Shown here one piece after another: positions 1 to 9,535 of a stretch of DNA of 39,660 nt. The translations under genes were made by a program, and so were the position numbers. How positions within the stretch are numbered: the first letter of the stretch is position 1; each line of letters begins with the position of its first letter. Origin of the DNA: an uncultured archaeon (GTDB taxonomy: Archaea; Asgardarchaeota; Lokiarchaeia; Sigyniarchaeales; SOKP01); NCBI GenBank assembly GCA_964525635.1, contig CAZGJX010000027.1:1-39660 (forward strand), in the 5' to 3' direction. The notes beneath the pieces were generated by a model that ran no database searches, had not been told where the DNA came from, and saw only the letters and a program-made list of their open reading frames with translations.

Positions 1-769
1 TATCTTTTCTCGTGGATAGATCTTATAAATGATCCTTCTTTTGTAAAATTAGTCTCTTTTTGTTTTTCATCTATTTTATGTTTTTTCTTATCAAAATGTT
101 CTGGTTTATCATTAAAATTATTTAATCCTTCAAGATCATACTGTTGTTTATCCTGATTCCTAGTACCCCCAATATATTCTCTTGAACCAATTGTTAAAAT
201 GATTTGAATATCGTCAATATCCTTGTCCCGATCCTTATCTTTCACTTTATTAATATCATGAAAATCAACTATTTTATCCCTGTATTTAGGTATCAATCCC
301 TCAAAATCTTTGGATTTTAGACTATTTTTCTCTAAATCATTTTCCCATTTTTCTTTTCCAATTTGACTTAATTTTTCTTTTACTTCTGGAGTCAATAATC
401 CGCCCAAACCACCTTCCTTTGTATTATATCCTTTATCTAGATTTAATGTATCATATAATTTCATCCAATAAGTTTCTTTTTCATCTAATTCTTGCTGATC
501 TTTATAAACAATATCTTGTTCGAATAATGTAAAATTCTTAGCTCCATATTTTACTATAGCTCGTTCAATATATCGAAGTGATTCTCCTCTTCTTTGCTTA
601 CTGTAAGCATCATACACTTCTTTCTTCCATCTTCCTTCTATAGGTATTTCATCTTTTTTCCATCGACGTGTAACTGTCTGCCCTATATAATTCTTTCCTG
701 TTATTTTATTATAGGCTCTGTAAATATAACCATATGGTTTTTTTTTGTATTTTTACTTTTAGAATCCAT
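1..769 (-). CDS. GIY-YIG endonuclease-domain protein (3' end beyond window; start ATG out of frame at an A9 run)
   Basis: Manual minus-strand translation: KPYGYIYRAYNKITGKNYIGQT...RW...AIVKYGAKNF...ELDEKETYWMKLYDTLNLDKGYNTKEGG, open to position 1. ATG at 769 joins this frame only through a -1 shift at the T9 run 738-746. Absent from the ORF track. Confidence 0.8.
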
Positions 770-927
770 CTTGATAGTCAAAATTGATATAATTATCTGA
801 AGATTATTTAAAAATCAAGAATTTAAACTAAAATAAAATCTAATTTGTTATATTTAGTTGTTGGAAAATAAGATATGTTAAAAAAATAAGAAAAATAAAT
901 AAAAAGTAAAAATTAGACTTGAGTTAA

Positions 928-2616
928 TTACATCATTCCAGGATAGCCGCCCATACCTCCCATGCCCGGCATACCGCCGCCCATTCCACCGCCCATTCCA
1001 CCTGGTGGCATTTGGGGCATATCAGGTCCTTTAGCACCTGCTATTACATCATCAATCCGGAGAATCATACTAGTAGCTTCGGTAGCTGATTTAATAGCTT
1101 GAACTTTAACGGCAGTTGGTTCGACTACACCGACAGCCATCATGTTATTTTGTACTTCACCAGTTTCGAGGTCGAATCCTGCGAAGGTATTGCCCTTTTG
1201 ATGAGCAGCACGTAATTTCATGAGGATATCGATTTGGTCAAGCCCAGCATTTTCAGCAAGGGTTTTTGGAATAATATCAAGGCTGTCGGCAAAAATCTCA
1301 ACGGCGAGTTGTTCACGTCCACCGAGAGATGATGCGTATTCACGTAATTGGATGGCAGTTTCGAGTTCAGGAGCACCGCCTCCTCCGACGAGTCTTTGGT
1401 CTTCGACAACATCTCTTACAACACAAAGGGCATCATGAAGAGCTCGTTCAACCTCATCGACGATGAGTTCAGTTCCTCCTCTGATTAAGATAACGACAGA
1501 TTTAGGATCTTTACATTTTTCGATGAATATCCATGAATCTCCCATAACTTTACGTTCTTCAACGAGTCCAGCATAACCTAAGATTTCAGGTTGCGCTTCA
1601 TCGAGGTCGTTAATAATCATTCCACCAGTTGCTTCAGATAATTTTTCGAGGTCAGATTTTTTAACTCTTCTTGTAGCCAAGATACCGGCTTTAGTTAGGA
1701 AGTGTTGAACCATATCATCGATACCTTTTTGGCAAATGACGACATTAGCTCCAGAATCTTGAATTTTTTGAGCCATAGTTCTGAGCATTTTTTCTTCTTC
1801 ATCGAGGAAAGCTTGAATTTGGTCTGGGCTTGTAATTTGTAATTTAGAGTCAAATTCAGTTTTTTCAATTTCGAGTGCTGATTGTAAAAGGAGTATTTTA
1901 GCGTCTTTTACGGATTTAGGCATTCCAGACGCGACGACTTCTTTGTCGAGGATGATACCTTTTATTAACTTGGTATCATCGATCATTTCGCCTTGTTTTT
2001 TTTGAATTTGAACTTTATCAATATCAGCTACCCATTTACCATCTTCATCTTGTTCAGCTACGGAAGTTATAGCGTCGATGCATAGAGTCGCGAGCATATC
2101 TCTGCTTTCTGAAACGATTTTGGATGACATACATGTCATAGCAGCATTTTTTAAGCCATCATAATCTTCAATTCCACTTTTAATCGAAATTTTTTGTAGA
2201 ATTTCAATAGCTTTATCTGAGGCTTTTCTGAATCCCTCTGTTATAACAGTTGGGTGTATTTTTTGTTCAAGGAGTTTTTCAGCTCTTTTTAGTAATTCTC
2301 CAGCGAGGACTACGCTTGTAGTAGTTCCATCACCAACTTCAGAGTCTTGAGTTTTAGCGACTTCGACCATCATTTTGGCGGCAGGATGTTGTACGTCGAT
2401 TTCTTTTAAGATGGTTGCGCCATCATTGGTGATGACGACATCTCCAAATTGATCAACTAACATTTTATCCATACCCCGAGGTCCAAGAGAGGTTCTTACA
2501 GCTTCAGCGATTACTTTAGCGGCAGCGATGTTGTTATGCATAGCATCTTTTCCACGAGTTCTTTCAGTGCCTTCTTTCATAATAAAAATTGGTTGTCCAC
2601 CTAGTTGTGCACACAT
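928..2616 (-). CDS. ths: Thermosome (group II chaperonin) subunit
   Basis: [25 protein letters not shown] motifs; GGM-rich C-tail. ATG 2616 preferred over GTG 2625. Confidence 0.97.
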   Translation of the reverse strand: MCAQLGGQPIFIMKEGTERTRGKDAMHNNIAAAKVIAEAVRTSLGPRGMDKMLVDQFGDVVITNDGATILKEIDVQHPAAKMMVEVAKTQDSEVGDGTTTSVVLAGELLKRAEKLLEQKIHPTVITEGFRKASDKAIEILQKISIKSGIEDYDGLKNAAMTCMSSKIVSESRDMLATLCIDAITSVAEQDEDGKWVADIDKVQIQKKQGEMIDDTKLIKGIILDKEVVASGMPKSVKDAKILLLQSALEIEKTEFDSKLQITSPDQIQAFLDEEEKMLRTMAQKIQDSGANVVICQKGIDDMVQHFLTKAGILATRRVKKSDLEKLSEATGGMIINDLDEAQPEILGYAGLVEERKVMGDSWIFIEKCKDPKSVVILIRGGTELIVDEVERALHDALCVVRDVVEDQRLVGGGGAPELETAIQLREYASSLGGREQLAVEIFADSLDIIPKTLAENAGLDQIDILMKLRAAHQKGNTFAGFDLETGEVQNNMMAVGVVEPTAVKVQAIKSATEATSMILRIDDVIAGAKGPDMPQMPPGGMGGGMGGGMPGMGGMGGYPGMM

Positions 2617-2698
2617 AATATTCACTTTTTTAAAATTTTTTGATTTTGAATTTTATATTTCAAAGTTAGTTCTTTATATATAATGATCTTTAAATCAT

Positions 2699-2735
2699 AA
2701 TTTTTAAAAAATTTTTTGATTTTAGATTTTAAATT
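2699..2735. repeat. ~37-bp junction repeat, copy 1 (AATTTTTAAAAAATTTTTTGATTTTAGATTTTAAATT)
   Basis: Near-identical copies at 5441-5477, 6941-6977 and 9374-9410; degenerate copy at 2626-2654. Confidence 0.8.
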
Positions 2736-2852
2736 AGAAATGATTGAGAAAATAGATTTGATTAAAATATTATTGATCTTTTTTATTTTTATTCTCCTAT
2801 AGTCTATTTTATTTAGACTTATTTTTTGAATTTATAGGATTATTTATCAAAT

Positions 2853-5387
2853 CTACTCTTTCAAGGAAAAACAGATTTGATATAAAATCTGGTTTTTTTT
2901 TAATTTATTCGACATTAAATTTAGAAATCGTAATGAGGTAAGATTTGCCATTGTGTTTGGAAATTCTTTTAAATTGTTATGTGCTAAATTTAGAGTTGTG
3001 AGGTTTTTTAAATTTCCTATTGATTCTGGAAGTGAGAACAATTGATTACTTTCTAAATTCATATAATCAAGATTGATAAGCTCTCCTATGGATTCAGAGA
3101 GTTCTTTTAAGTTATTATTTTTTAGACTTAATCTTACCAAGTTCTTTAGATTTCCTATTGATTCTGGAACTGAAATTAACTGATTAGATTCTATCGAAAG
3201 GGATATAAGATTCTTTAAATCTCCTATGGATTCAGGGAGTTCTTTTAAGTTATTTTTTTTTAGTCTTAATCCTACCAGGTTCTTTAGATTTCCTATTGGT
3301 TCTGGAAGTGAATTCAATAGATTATTTTCTAATTCCAACTCTTTTAAATTTAATAATTCTCCTATTGAATTTGGTAAATTTTTTAATTTACTATCTCTTA
3401 TTACTAGTTTTTTTATATTATTAAGTGATCCTATTGATTTGGGAAGCGTTTTTAATTTATTATTAATAAATAAATCAATTACCTTAAGAGAAGATAGATT
3501 TCCAAGCGAATTAGGTAACTTTTTAAGTTTATTATGACGTAGATATAAGATCTCAAGGTTAATTAAATTCCCTATTTTATTTGATATCTTTGATATTTTG
3601 TTAGTTCCTATATTTAATTCTTTTAGATTTACTAATTTTCCAATTATTTTTGACACTTTTGTTAATTGGTTATTTCTTAGTCTTAATTCTTCAAGATTTA
3701 CTAATTTTTCTAATTTTTTAGGAAGTTTTCTTATATTATTATTAGATAGGCTAAGTTTAGTTAATTTATTTGAGTTTAATATTGATTTCGGAACTTTATT
3801 TAAATTATTAATGCTTAGATTAATATTTTCGAGGTTTTTTAAATATTCAAAAGTATTTGGAAGATCTCTTAAATCATTATTACTTAGGTCTAAGATTCGA
3901 AGAAATTTAAGATTATCAATTCTATCAGGAATTTCCGTCAATTTTTTACTACTTAAACTCAATTCTTTAAGACTAGTTAAATTTAAAATAATTTCTGGAA
4001 ATGATTTAAATTTATTTTGCGATATATCTAATTCTTCCAAGGAAGACAAATTTGATATTGTTTTAGGGAGTTCTTTTATTTCATTATTTTGTACATTGAG
4101 ACATTTAAGATTATTCAAATTTTCAATAAATGCTGGAATTTCTTTTAGATTATTAGATTTCAAATTAAGGCTAGTTAAATTTTTCAATTTTCCTATTGCT
4201 TTAGGAACTTCTTTTATTTGAATATCTACTATACTCATATTATCTAATTTGTTAAGGATCTTGAAAGCTTGTGGATCTCCTTTCTCAAAAAGATGCAATA
4301 AAATATATCTATTTATACTTTCTTGATATAAATCATCTTTTTCTATTAATTTTGTTTTTAAATAAGGATTTTTATCCAAATATAGTAGCTTTATCTCATT
4401 TTCATTAAAAAATTCTAAATATTTTTTCTTTATAATTCTAAATATGGAATGTCTATTTCCTTCGTGAAAATAATTTAAAATATCTTTATTTTCATGCTTA
4501 TATATTATTTTTTTTGCAATAGAGTCACCAGAATTAATGAGATATAATAAAAGATCTCCATTATCTCTTTTCTCATAATAATCATCACTTTCCAGATTCG
4601 ATTTTAATATAGGATTATTTTTTAAAAAAAGAAAGTTAATTTCATTATGATTAAGAAGATCAAGTAGTTTTTCTCTAGCTAAATAGTTCAAAACATAAGC
4701 ATTCCCAGATTGGGAATATTTTTTTATATTTTCAATAAAAATCTCTCTTGCAAGATTATCTCCTTTATTTGCTAATTTTGAGAAAACATAATTTATCTGA
4801 TTGATAAATTTAAATTTGAATTTTTTAATATTTTCTCTTAGGTTTGGATTATTTTCTAGAAAAACCGATTTAATCTCATCATCGTTGAGATGATTAAGAT
4901 ATTTCTCTTCAATTAAGTATTTTATAGTAGGAATATAACCTGAATAAAATTTTCTTATAATTTCTTTTTTAATAACCTTTTTTGCTAAAGGATCTCCTAC
5001 ATTAATTAATTCTTCAAGTAGAGGAAATGCAATACAAGAAGATATTAAGTCAGTATTGTATTCATTTTCATACCATGTCTGAAAGCTAGAACAATAACCC
5101 CAAAAAATTGTATCTGAATTTACATCATAGGATTGGGGATCTATTTCATAATCTTCATCACTAACTATATCTCCAAATTCATCATATAATTCATCGATTG
5201 TATTACTCTTGTTATATTTCTCTGTATTTTCTATAGTAAAATAATAATCATATAATAAACCTGGACATTCATAAAATGACTCTCTATTTATATAGATTTC
5301 AGTATCATCTCCTACCCCTCCATGACTTGTTCTTTTAAGAGTGATATATTTATTGACTTTAAACTCAAAAATATTAAATTCCTTCAT
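2853..5387 (-). CDS. Leucine-rich repeat protein with Lokiarchaeia-type N-terminal domain
   Basis: About 20 LxxLxLxxNxLxxLPxxIGxL repeats; N-terminus FKVNKYITLK...FWGYCSSFQTWYENEYNT. The C-terminus probably continues in the -1 frame to 2809. Confidence 0.93.
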   Translation of the reverse strand: MKEFNIFEFKVNKYITLKRTSHGGVGDDTEIYINRESFYECPGLLYDYYFTIENTEKYNKSNTIDELYDEFGDIVSDEDYEIDPQSYDVNSDTIFWGYCSSFQTWYENEYNTDLISSCIAFPLLEELINVGDPLAKKVIKKEIIRKFYSGYIPTIKYLIEEKYLNHLNDDEIKSVFLENNPNLRENIKKFKFKFINQINYVFSKLANKGDNLAREIFIENIKKYSQSGNAYVLNYLAREKLLDLLNHNEINFLFLKNNPILKSNLESDDYYEKRDNGDLLLYLINSGDSIAKKIIYKHENKDILNYFHEGNRHSIFRIIKKKYLEFFNENEIKLLYLDKNPYLKTKLIEKDDLYQESINRYILLHLFEKGDPQAFKILNKLDNMSIVDIQIKEVPKAIGKLKNLTSLNLKSNNLKEIPAFIENLNNLKCLNVQNNEIKELPKTISNLSSLEELDISQNKFKSFPEIILNLTSLKELSLSSKKLTEIPDRIDNLKFLRILDLSNNDLRDLPNTFEYLKNLENINLSINNLNKVPKSILNSNKLTKLSLSNNNIRKLPKKLEKLVNLEELRLRNNQLTKVSKIIGKLVNLKELNIGTNKISKISNKIGNLINLEILYLRHNKLKKLPNSLGNLSSLKVIDLFINNKLKTLPKSIGSLNNIKKLVIRDSKLKNLPNSIGELLNLKELELENNLLNSLPEPIGNLKNLVGLRLKKNNLKELPESIGDLKNLISLSIESNQLISVPESIGNLKNLVRLSLKNNNLKELSESIGELINLDYMNLESNQLFSLPESIGNLKNLTTLNLAHNNLKEFPNTMANLTSLRFLNLMSNKLKKNQILYQICFSLKE

Positions 5388-5477
5388 CTATGATTTAATA
5401 CTCAGCTATAATAAGTAGGATTTAATTTAATTTTAGCTATGATTTTTAAAAAATTTTTTGATTTTAGAATTTAAATT
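5388..5477 (-). promoter_or_regulatory. Conserved upstream block of LRR genes (TATA-like TTATTAT ~20-27 nt before ATG) plus junction repeat copy 2
   Basis: Closely matches 6888-6977; the core ATAATAAGTAGGATT recurs at ~11460-11474. Confidence 0.6.
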
Positions 5478-5522
5478 GAAAGTTATATAATTAAGATTAA
5501 TTGAGAATTAATTTGATTGATA

Positions 5523-6887
5523 TTAAAGTTCTACATGAACTCCTTTTTCTTTTAATAATTGAATAATTTGATTTGTGGGAGCTACTTCTCTTAAATCGAG
5601 TAGATTCTCTTTAAGTTTTAATTCTTTAAGTGAAGTCATATTTATAATAGATTTAGGTAAATTTTTCAATTGATTTTGGTTTAGTTCCAGTACTTCAAGA
5701 GATTTTAAATCACCAATTATATTTGGAAGAGAAGTTAATTGATTTTCTCTTAAATCAAGCCATTTAAGTGAATTTAATTTCCCAAGAGATTCTGGAAGTT
5801 GTTTTATTTTATTTTTTTTTAAAGTAAGGTGATGAAGTGAAGTTAATTTTCCCAAATAATCTGGAAGTTCTGTTAATTTATTACCTTCTAAAACAAGTAC
5901 CTTAGGTTCATTTAATTTTTCAATAGTTTTTGGAAGTTCTTTAATATTATTGTCTTTTAAATAAATATATTGAAGTAATGGTAAATTACATATTACCTCT
6001 GGAAATTCTGTTATTTTATTACCTGTGAGATCAAGGGCTCTAAGTGAAGTCATATTAATAATCTCTTTTGGAAGTTTGGTTAAATTATTAAAACCCAAAT
6101 TAAGATTTGTAATTTTATTTAATATTCCTATAGTTTTTGGAAGTTTAGTTATTTTATTATTTGTTAAATCAATGATTTTAAGTGAAGTTAATTTCCATGT
6201 TATTTCTGGAATCTCGGTTAAATTAAGGTATCTGAAGTTAAGAAGATTAATATTATTTAATTTTTCTATAGTTTCTGGAAGTTCACTTATAATTCTTGCT
6301 TCTTGATCACCCAAATCTATAAGTTTAACTAAAATAGCGAGTTTATATTCTAATAATTTCATATTTAGATTTTCCATTTCTTTTTTTAATTTGGGATTGT
6401 TTTCAAGAAAAGTTAGATTAATCTCATTCTCATTAAGATAATCAAGATATCCTTCTATAACTAAATAGTAGATAGAAGGGATATATCCAGAATGAACCCG
6501 TTTAACAATTTCTTCTTTAAATACCTTTCTTGCGAGAGGATCACCACTATCAACTAATTTTTTAAGCAAAGGAAAAGCCAAATTTGAATAAAGCAAACGA
6601 GTATCATAGTTATGTTCATACCATGTTTGGATATTAGAACAATGTCCCCAAAATTCAGTTTCAGGAGAAATCTCAATTTTTACATAATCTGTACCTTCTA
6701 AAGACCTATCTAACCTTTGAGCCACCTCATCAATCGATTCAATATCATCTAAAGAAGTAATTTTTTTGACAGGAATATTTAAGAGAAGGAATTTACATTG
6801 TCGAAATTGCTGTCCTTTTACATAAATCATTATTTGATTGCTTTCTAACTTGAGTGTTATATACTCATTTACCTTGAATTCCTTCAT
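5523..6887 (-). CDS. Leucine-rich repeat protein with Lokiarchaeia-type N-terminal domain
   Basis: MKEFKVNEYITLKLE...FWGHCSNIQTWYEHNYDTRLLYSNLAFPLLKKL, then ~10 LRRs; C-terminus LKEKGVHVEL. Confidence 0.93.
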   Translation of the reverse strand: MKEFKVNEYITLKLESNQIMIYVKGQQFRQCKFLLLNIPVKKITSLDDIESIDEVAQRLDRSLEGTDYVKIEISPETEFWGHCSNIQTWYEHNYDTRLLYSNLAFPLLKKLVDSGDPLARKVFKEEIVKRVHSGYIPSIYYLVIEGYLDYLNENEINLTFLENNPKLKKEMENLNMKLLEYKLAILVKLIDLGDQEARIISELPETIEKLNNINLLNFRYLNLTEIPEITWKLTSLKIIDLTNNKITKLPKTIGILNKITNLNLGFNNLTKLPKEIINMTSLRALDLTGNKITEFPEVICNLPLLQYIYLKDNNIKELPKTIEKLNEPKVLVLEGNKLTELPDYLGKLTSLHHLTLKKNKIKQLPESLGKLNSLKWLDLRENQLTSLPNIIGDLKSLEVLELNQNQLKNLPKSIINMTSLKELKLKENLLDLREVAPTNQIIQLLKEKGVHVEL

Positions 6888-6977
6888 CTATGATTCAATA
6901 TTTAGCGATAATAAGTAGGATTTAATTCAATCTTAGTCTGAATTTTTAAAAAATTTTTTGATTTTATTTTTAAAATT
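6888..6977 (-). promoter_or_regulatory. Conserved upstream block of LRR genes plus junction repeat copy 3
   Basis: Direct sequence similarity to 5388-5477. Confidence 0.6.
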
Positions 6978-7151
6978 ATTAGACTAAAATAATAAAGAGC
7001 TAGGAAAAAAAAAGAAAAAAAAATGTGTTTAAATTTTCTATAATGAAGTTTGAATAATATTTAGCATCTAAAGTATTTTTATAATAAATATTACATCCGA
7101 AAAATCCTTCTTCTATGCAAGTATACATATCAGTAGGTATTTTTATTGATA

Positions 7152-9161
7152 TTATTCTTGCATTAATTCGTTAAGAATATCCTCTAAAACATTTGGCTTT
7201 TCAAGAAGGGGTACATGGTCAATTCCTTCATATATTCCATAATTATCAACATCATTTGCATTCAATGCGACAGAGTCTGTGTCTACTACTCCATCACTAG
7301 CATAAAATTCCATAAATAAATAAACACCCGGTAAACCAAGAAGAGAAAAATACAATAGCTCTCCTATCATATATTCTGAGAATGGTGATGGAACATGACC
7401 TCTAAAAGTACTCCATAAAACATCTGGGTATGCTACAGGATCACTTCTACTAAAGGGGGTTTCATCATGAACATTATCATTATTTAATCCATATATAAGT
7501 GAGGAATGAACTGGATATGCCATTTGTAATACCTGAGTATTTAAAGTTGGAAGTCCAAAAATACTAAGAACTGCTGCTATGAAGGATGTTATAGGATGTG
7601 TATATAATAAATCAGCAAATAAGGTTCCATGATTAGGAGTACCAACAGTTGCTATATGCTCGATTATTATTCCCTCTCTTCTTATATCTGGATAATAGTG
7701 TATCATCATATACCTAACAACTAATCCGCCCATGGAATGAGCAACAATGTCTAAATGGGTATTTATTTTCCCTTCTTCAATTGCCATACGAATAATGTAA
7801 TCCTTTAAACTTTCAGCAATAGTTTCAATTGGAATATTGTAATTATATCCATCAAATTCTTCATCTGGATTATTCCAATCATAATAATTAACCTTTAGGA
7901 TATTATTTTCAGCATAATAATCTTTGAAATCATTTCGTCCATATCCATTTAAATCAAAGTTGGCGTCATCCAAAAATTTATCAAATTGAGATGAGAAACC
8001 ATCTAAACCATGAACTAATAATAAAGTTTTATCACAAGCCGAGATTTTAATTCTTCCAACTTTTAGATATTCTAATGTTATGAGATTATTATCGTATAAA
8101 ATTTCATTCGTTAACATATTGCGAATAAAAGTTATTTCAATCTCAATTTGATGAGCAATTGGAAATCTTAGTTCATCAATATCAAAATATATTTTATAGG
8201 TAGTAGTATACATGTATATAAAATTAGCAGTTGGAATTTGTGTTCCATCAATATAAATATCATATGAAAGAACAATTGTACTAGAAATATTTTGTTTTAA
8301 ACCAAGATAGATTCGAGGTGTTAGATCTCCAATAGTAGTAACTGTTTGAAATACATAACCAAGTCGTGTTCCTTCCCCGCCAGGGAATCTTCTATCAGCT
8401 GCACCTATTAGTAATTGTGGCTCTTGAATTGTTGTTATCGAAGTTTCTTTTGATGAGTCTAGTACACCATCAATGTAAAAATCAACTTTAAAGTAATAAT
8501 TACCTATTTGTTCTAAATTAGGTGATTGACATCCTTTTGATCCTTCACCCGTTAAAGTAGTAATGACCTCCCAAGTATTATCATCTTCATATTTCATAGA
8601 AAGAGTAGATTCATATAAATGATTTACATTTGAAACAACAAACCATGATATTGACGCTTTTTCTCCTTGATAAAGATAATTAGGACTCGCAACTAGGTCT
8701 TTTATATACCCTTTATTATTAATTATGACATTTAAAGCCTCATCTCTTGCGATAAAAAATGGTCCAGTTATTCTATAGTATGTCTTTGTATTATAATCAA
8801 AATATCCTTTATAAGGGGCATACTCTATCAATGTAAATGTATATGTTCCAGCTTCTTCTATTATTTTTTGATAACTATGAAATCCCGTCCCTGATATTGA
8901 AGCAATTTTGATAGAATTTCCCAAATCATCTTGCATCCATATTTCTGTGTAGTAACCACCATATTGATATTTACCACTAAGCGTCTTATAAATAGCTGTC
9001 CATTCAAAAATTAAAGGTTGACCTGCATCTACCTCATGTGGTCCTAAACTACTATTATCTGCACGTATAGGCTTCGTAAATCCCAATATAAAAACGGTAT
9101 TAATTATAAAGATCGCTAAAAAAAATTTAGCCGATAATTTTTTAATTTTCTGTTTTTGCAT
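7152..9161 (-). CDS. Secreted alpha/beta hydrolase (lipase/esterase-like) with N-terminal beta-rich domains
   Basis: Signal peptide; LLVHGL oxyanion motif; VAHSMGG nucleophile elbow; GTPNHG; SDGVV and DH catalytic Asp/His. Confidence 0.85.
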   Translation of the reverse strand: MQKQKIKKLSAKFFLAIFIINTVFILGFTKPIRADNSSLGPHEVDAGQPLIFEWTAIYKTLSGKYQYGGYYTEIWMQDDLGNSIKIASISGTGFHSYQKIIEEAGTYTFTLIEYAPYKGYFDYNTKTYYRITGPFFIARDEALNVIINNKGYIKDLVASPNYLYQGEKASISWFVVSNVNHLYESTLSMKYEDDNTWEVITTLTGEGSKGCQSPNLEQIGNYYFKVDFYIDGVLDSSKETSITTIQEPQLLIGAADRRFPGGEGTRLGYVFQTVTTIGDLTPRIYLGLKQNISSTIVLSYDIYIDGTQIPTANFIYMYTTTYKIYFDIDELRFPIAHQIEIEITFIRNMLTNEILYDNNLITLEYLKVGRIKISACDKTLLLVHGLDGFSSQFDKFLDDANFDLNGYGRNDFKDYYAENNILKVNYYDWNNPDEEFDGYNYNIPIETIAESLKDYIIRMAIEEGKINTHLDIVAHSMGGLVVRYMMIHYYPDIRREGIIIEHIATVGTPNHGTLFADLLYTHPITSFIAAVLSIFGLPTLNTQVLQMAYPVHSSLIYGLNNDNVHDETPFSRSDPVAYPDVLWSTFRGHVPSPFSEYMIGELLYFSLLGLPGVYLFMEFYASDGVVDTDSVALNANDVDNYGIYEGIDHVPLLEKPNVLEDILNELMQE

Positions 9162-9373
9162 TTTTTCACATTTTAAATTTAGTTTAATGATTTAATCCTC
9201 AATATTATTTTTCCCTATTTAAAGTCAATAGGGAAGATTTTGAATATTGAATTTTGGGAATAAATTTAAAAGTTGAGTTCTGAATTGATATTTATTTATC
9301 AACTGGTCCTAATCTGCCAAAACAGGTTAATCATTAGAATCAATTAATTATGAAATGACTCTATTTCAGTCAG

Positions 9374-9410
9374 AATTTTTAAAAAATTTTTTGATTTTAG
9401 ATTTTAAATT
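9374..9410. repeat. ~37-bp junction repeat, copy 4
   Basis: Matches 2699-2735. Confidence 0.8.
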
Positions 9411-9535
9411 CTAAAGTATTAATGGAGAGATTAAAAATTTTTATTTATTTATTCATTCTTTAGATTGTATCTATATTATTATTGCATACTCTAGTATTAG
9501 CAAAATAAATAATAAAGAAAAGATTTAAGAATATT

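Noticed and set aside
594-800. 68-aa plus-strand ORF
   Set aside because: Antisense shadow of the GIY-YIG gene.
928-1025. GC-rich repetitive segment
   Set aside because: Encodes the ordinary GGM tail of chaperonins.
2699-9410. Junction repeats as a CRISPR array
   Set aside because: Copies are kilobases apart and separated by genes; no cas genes.
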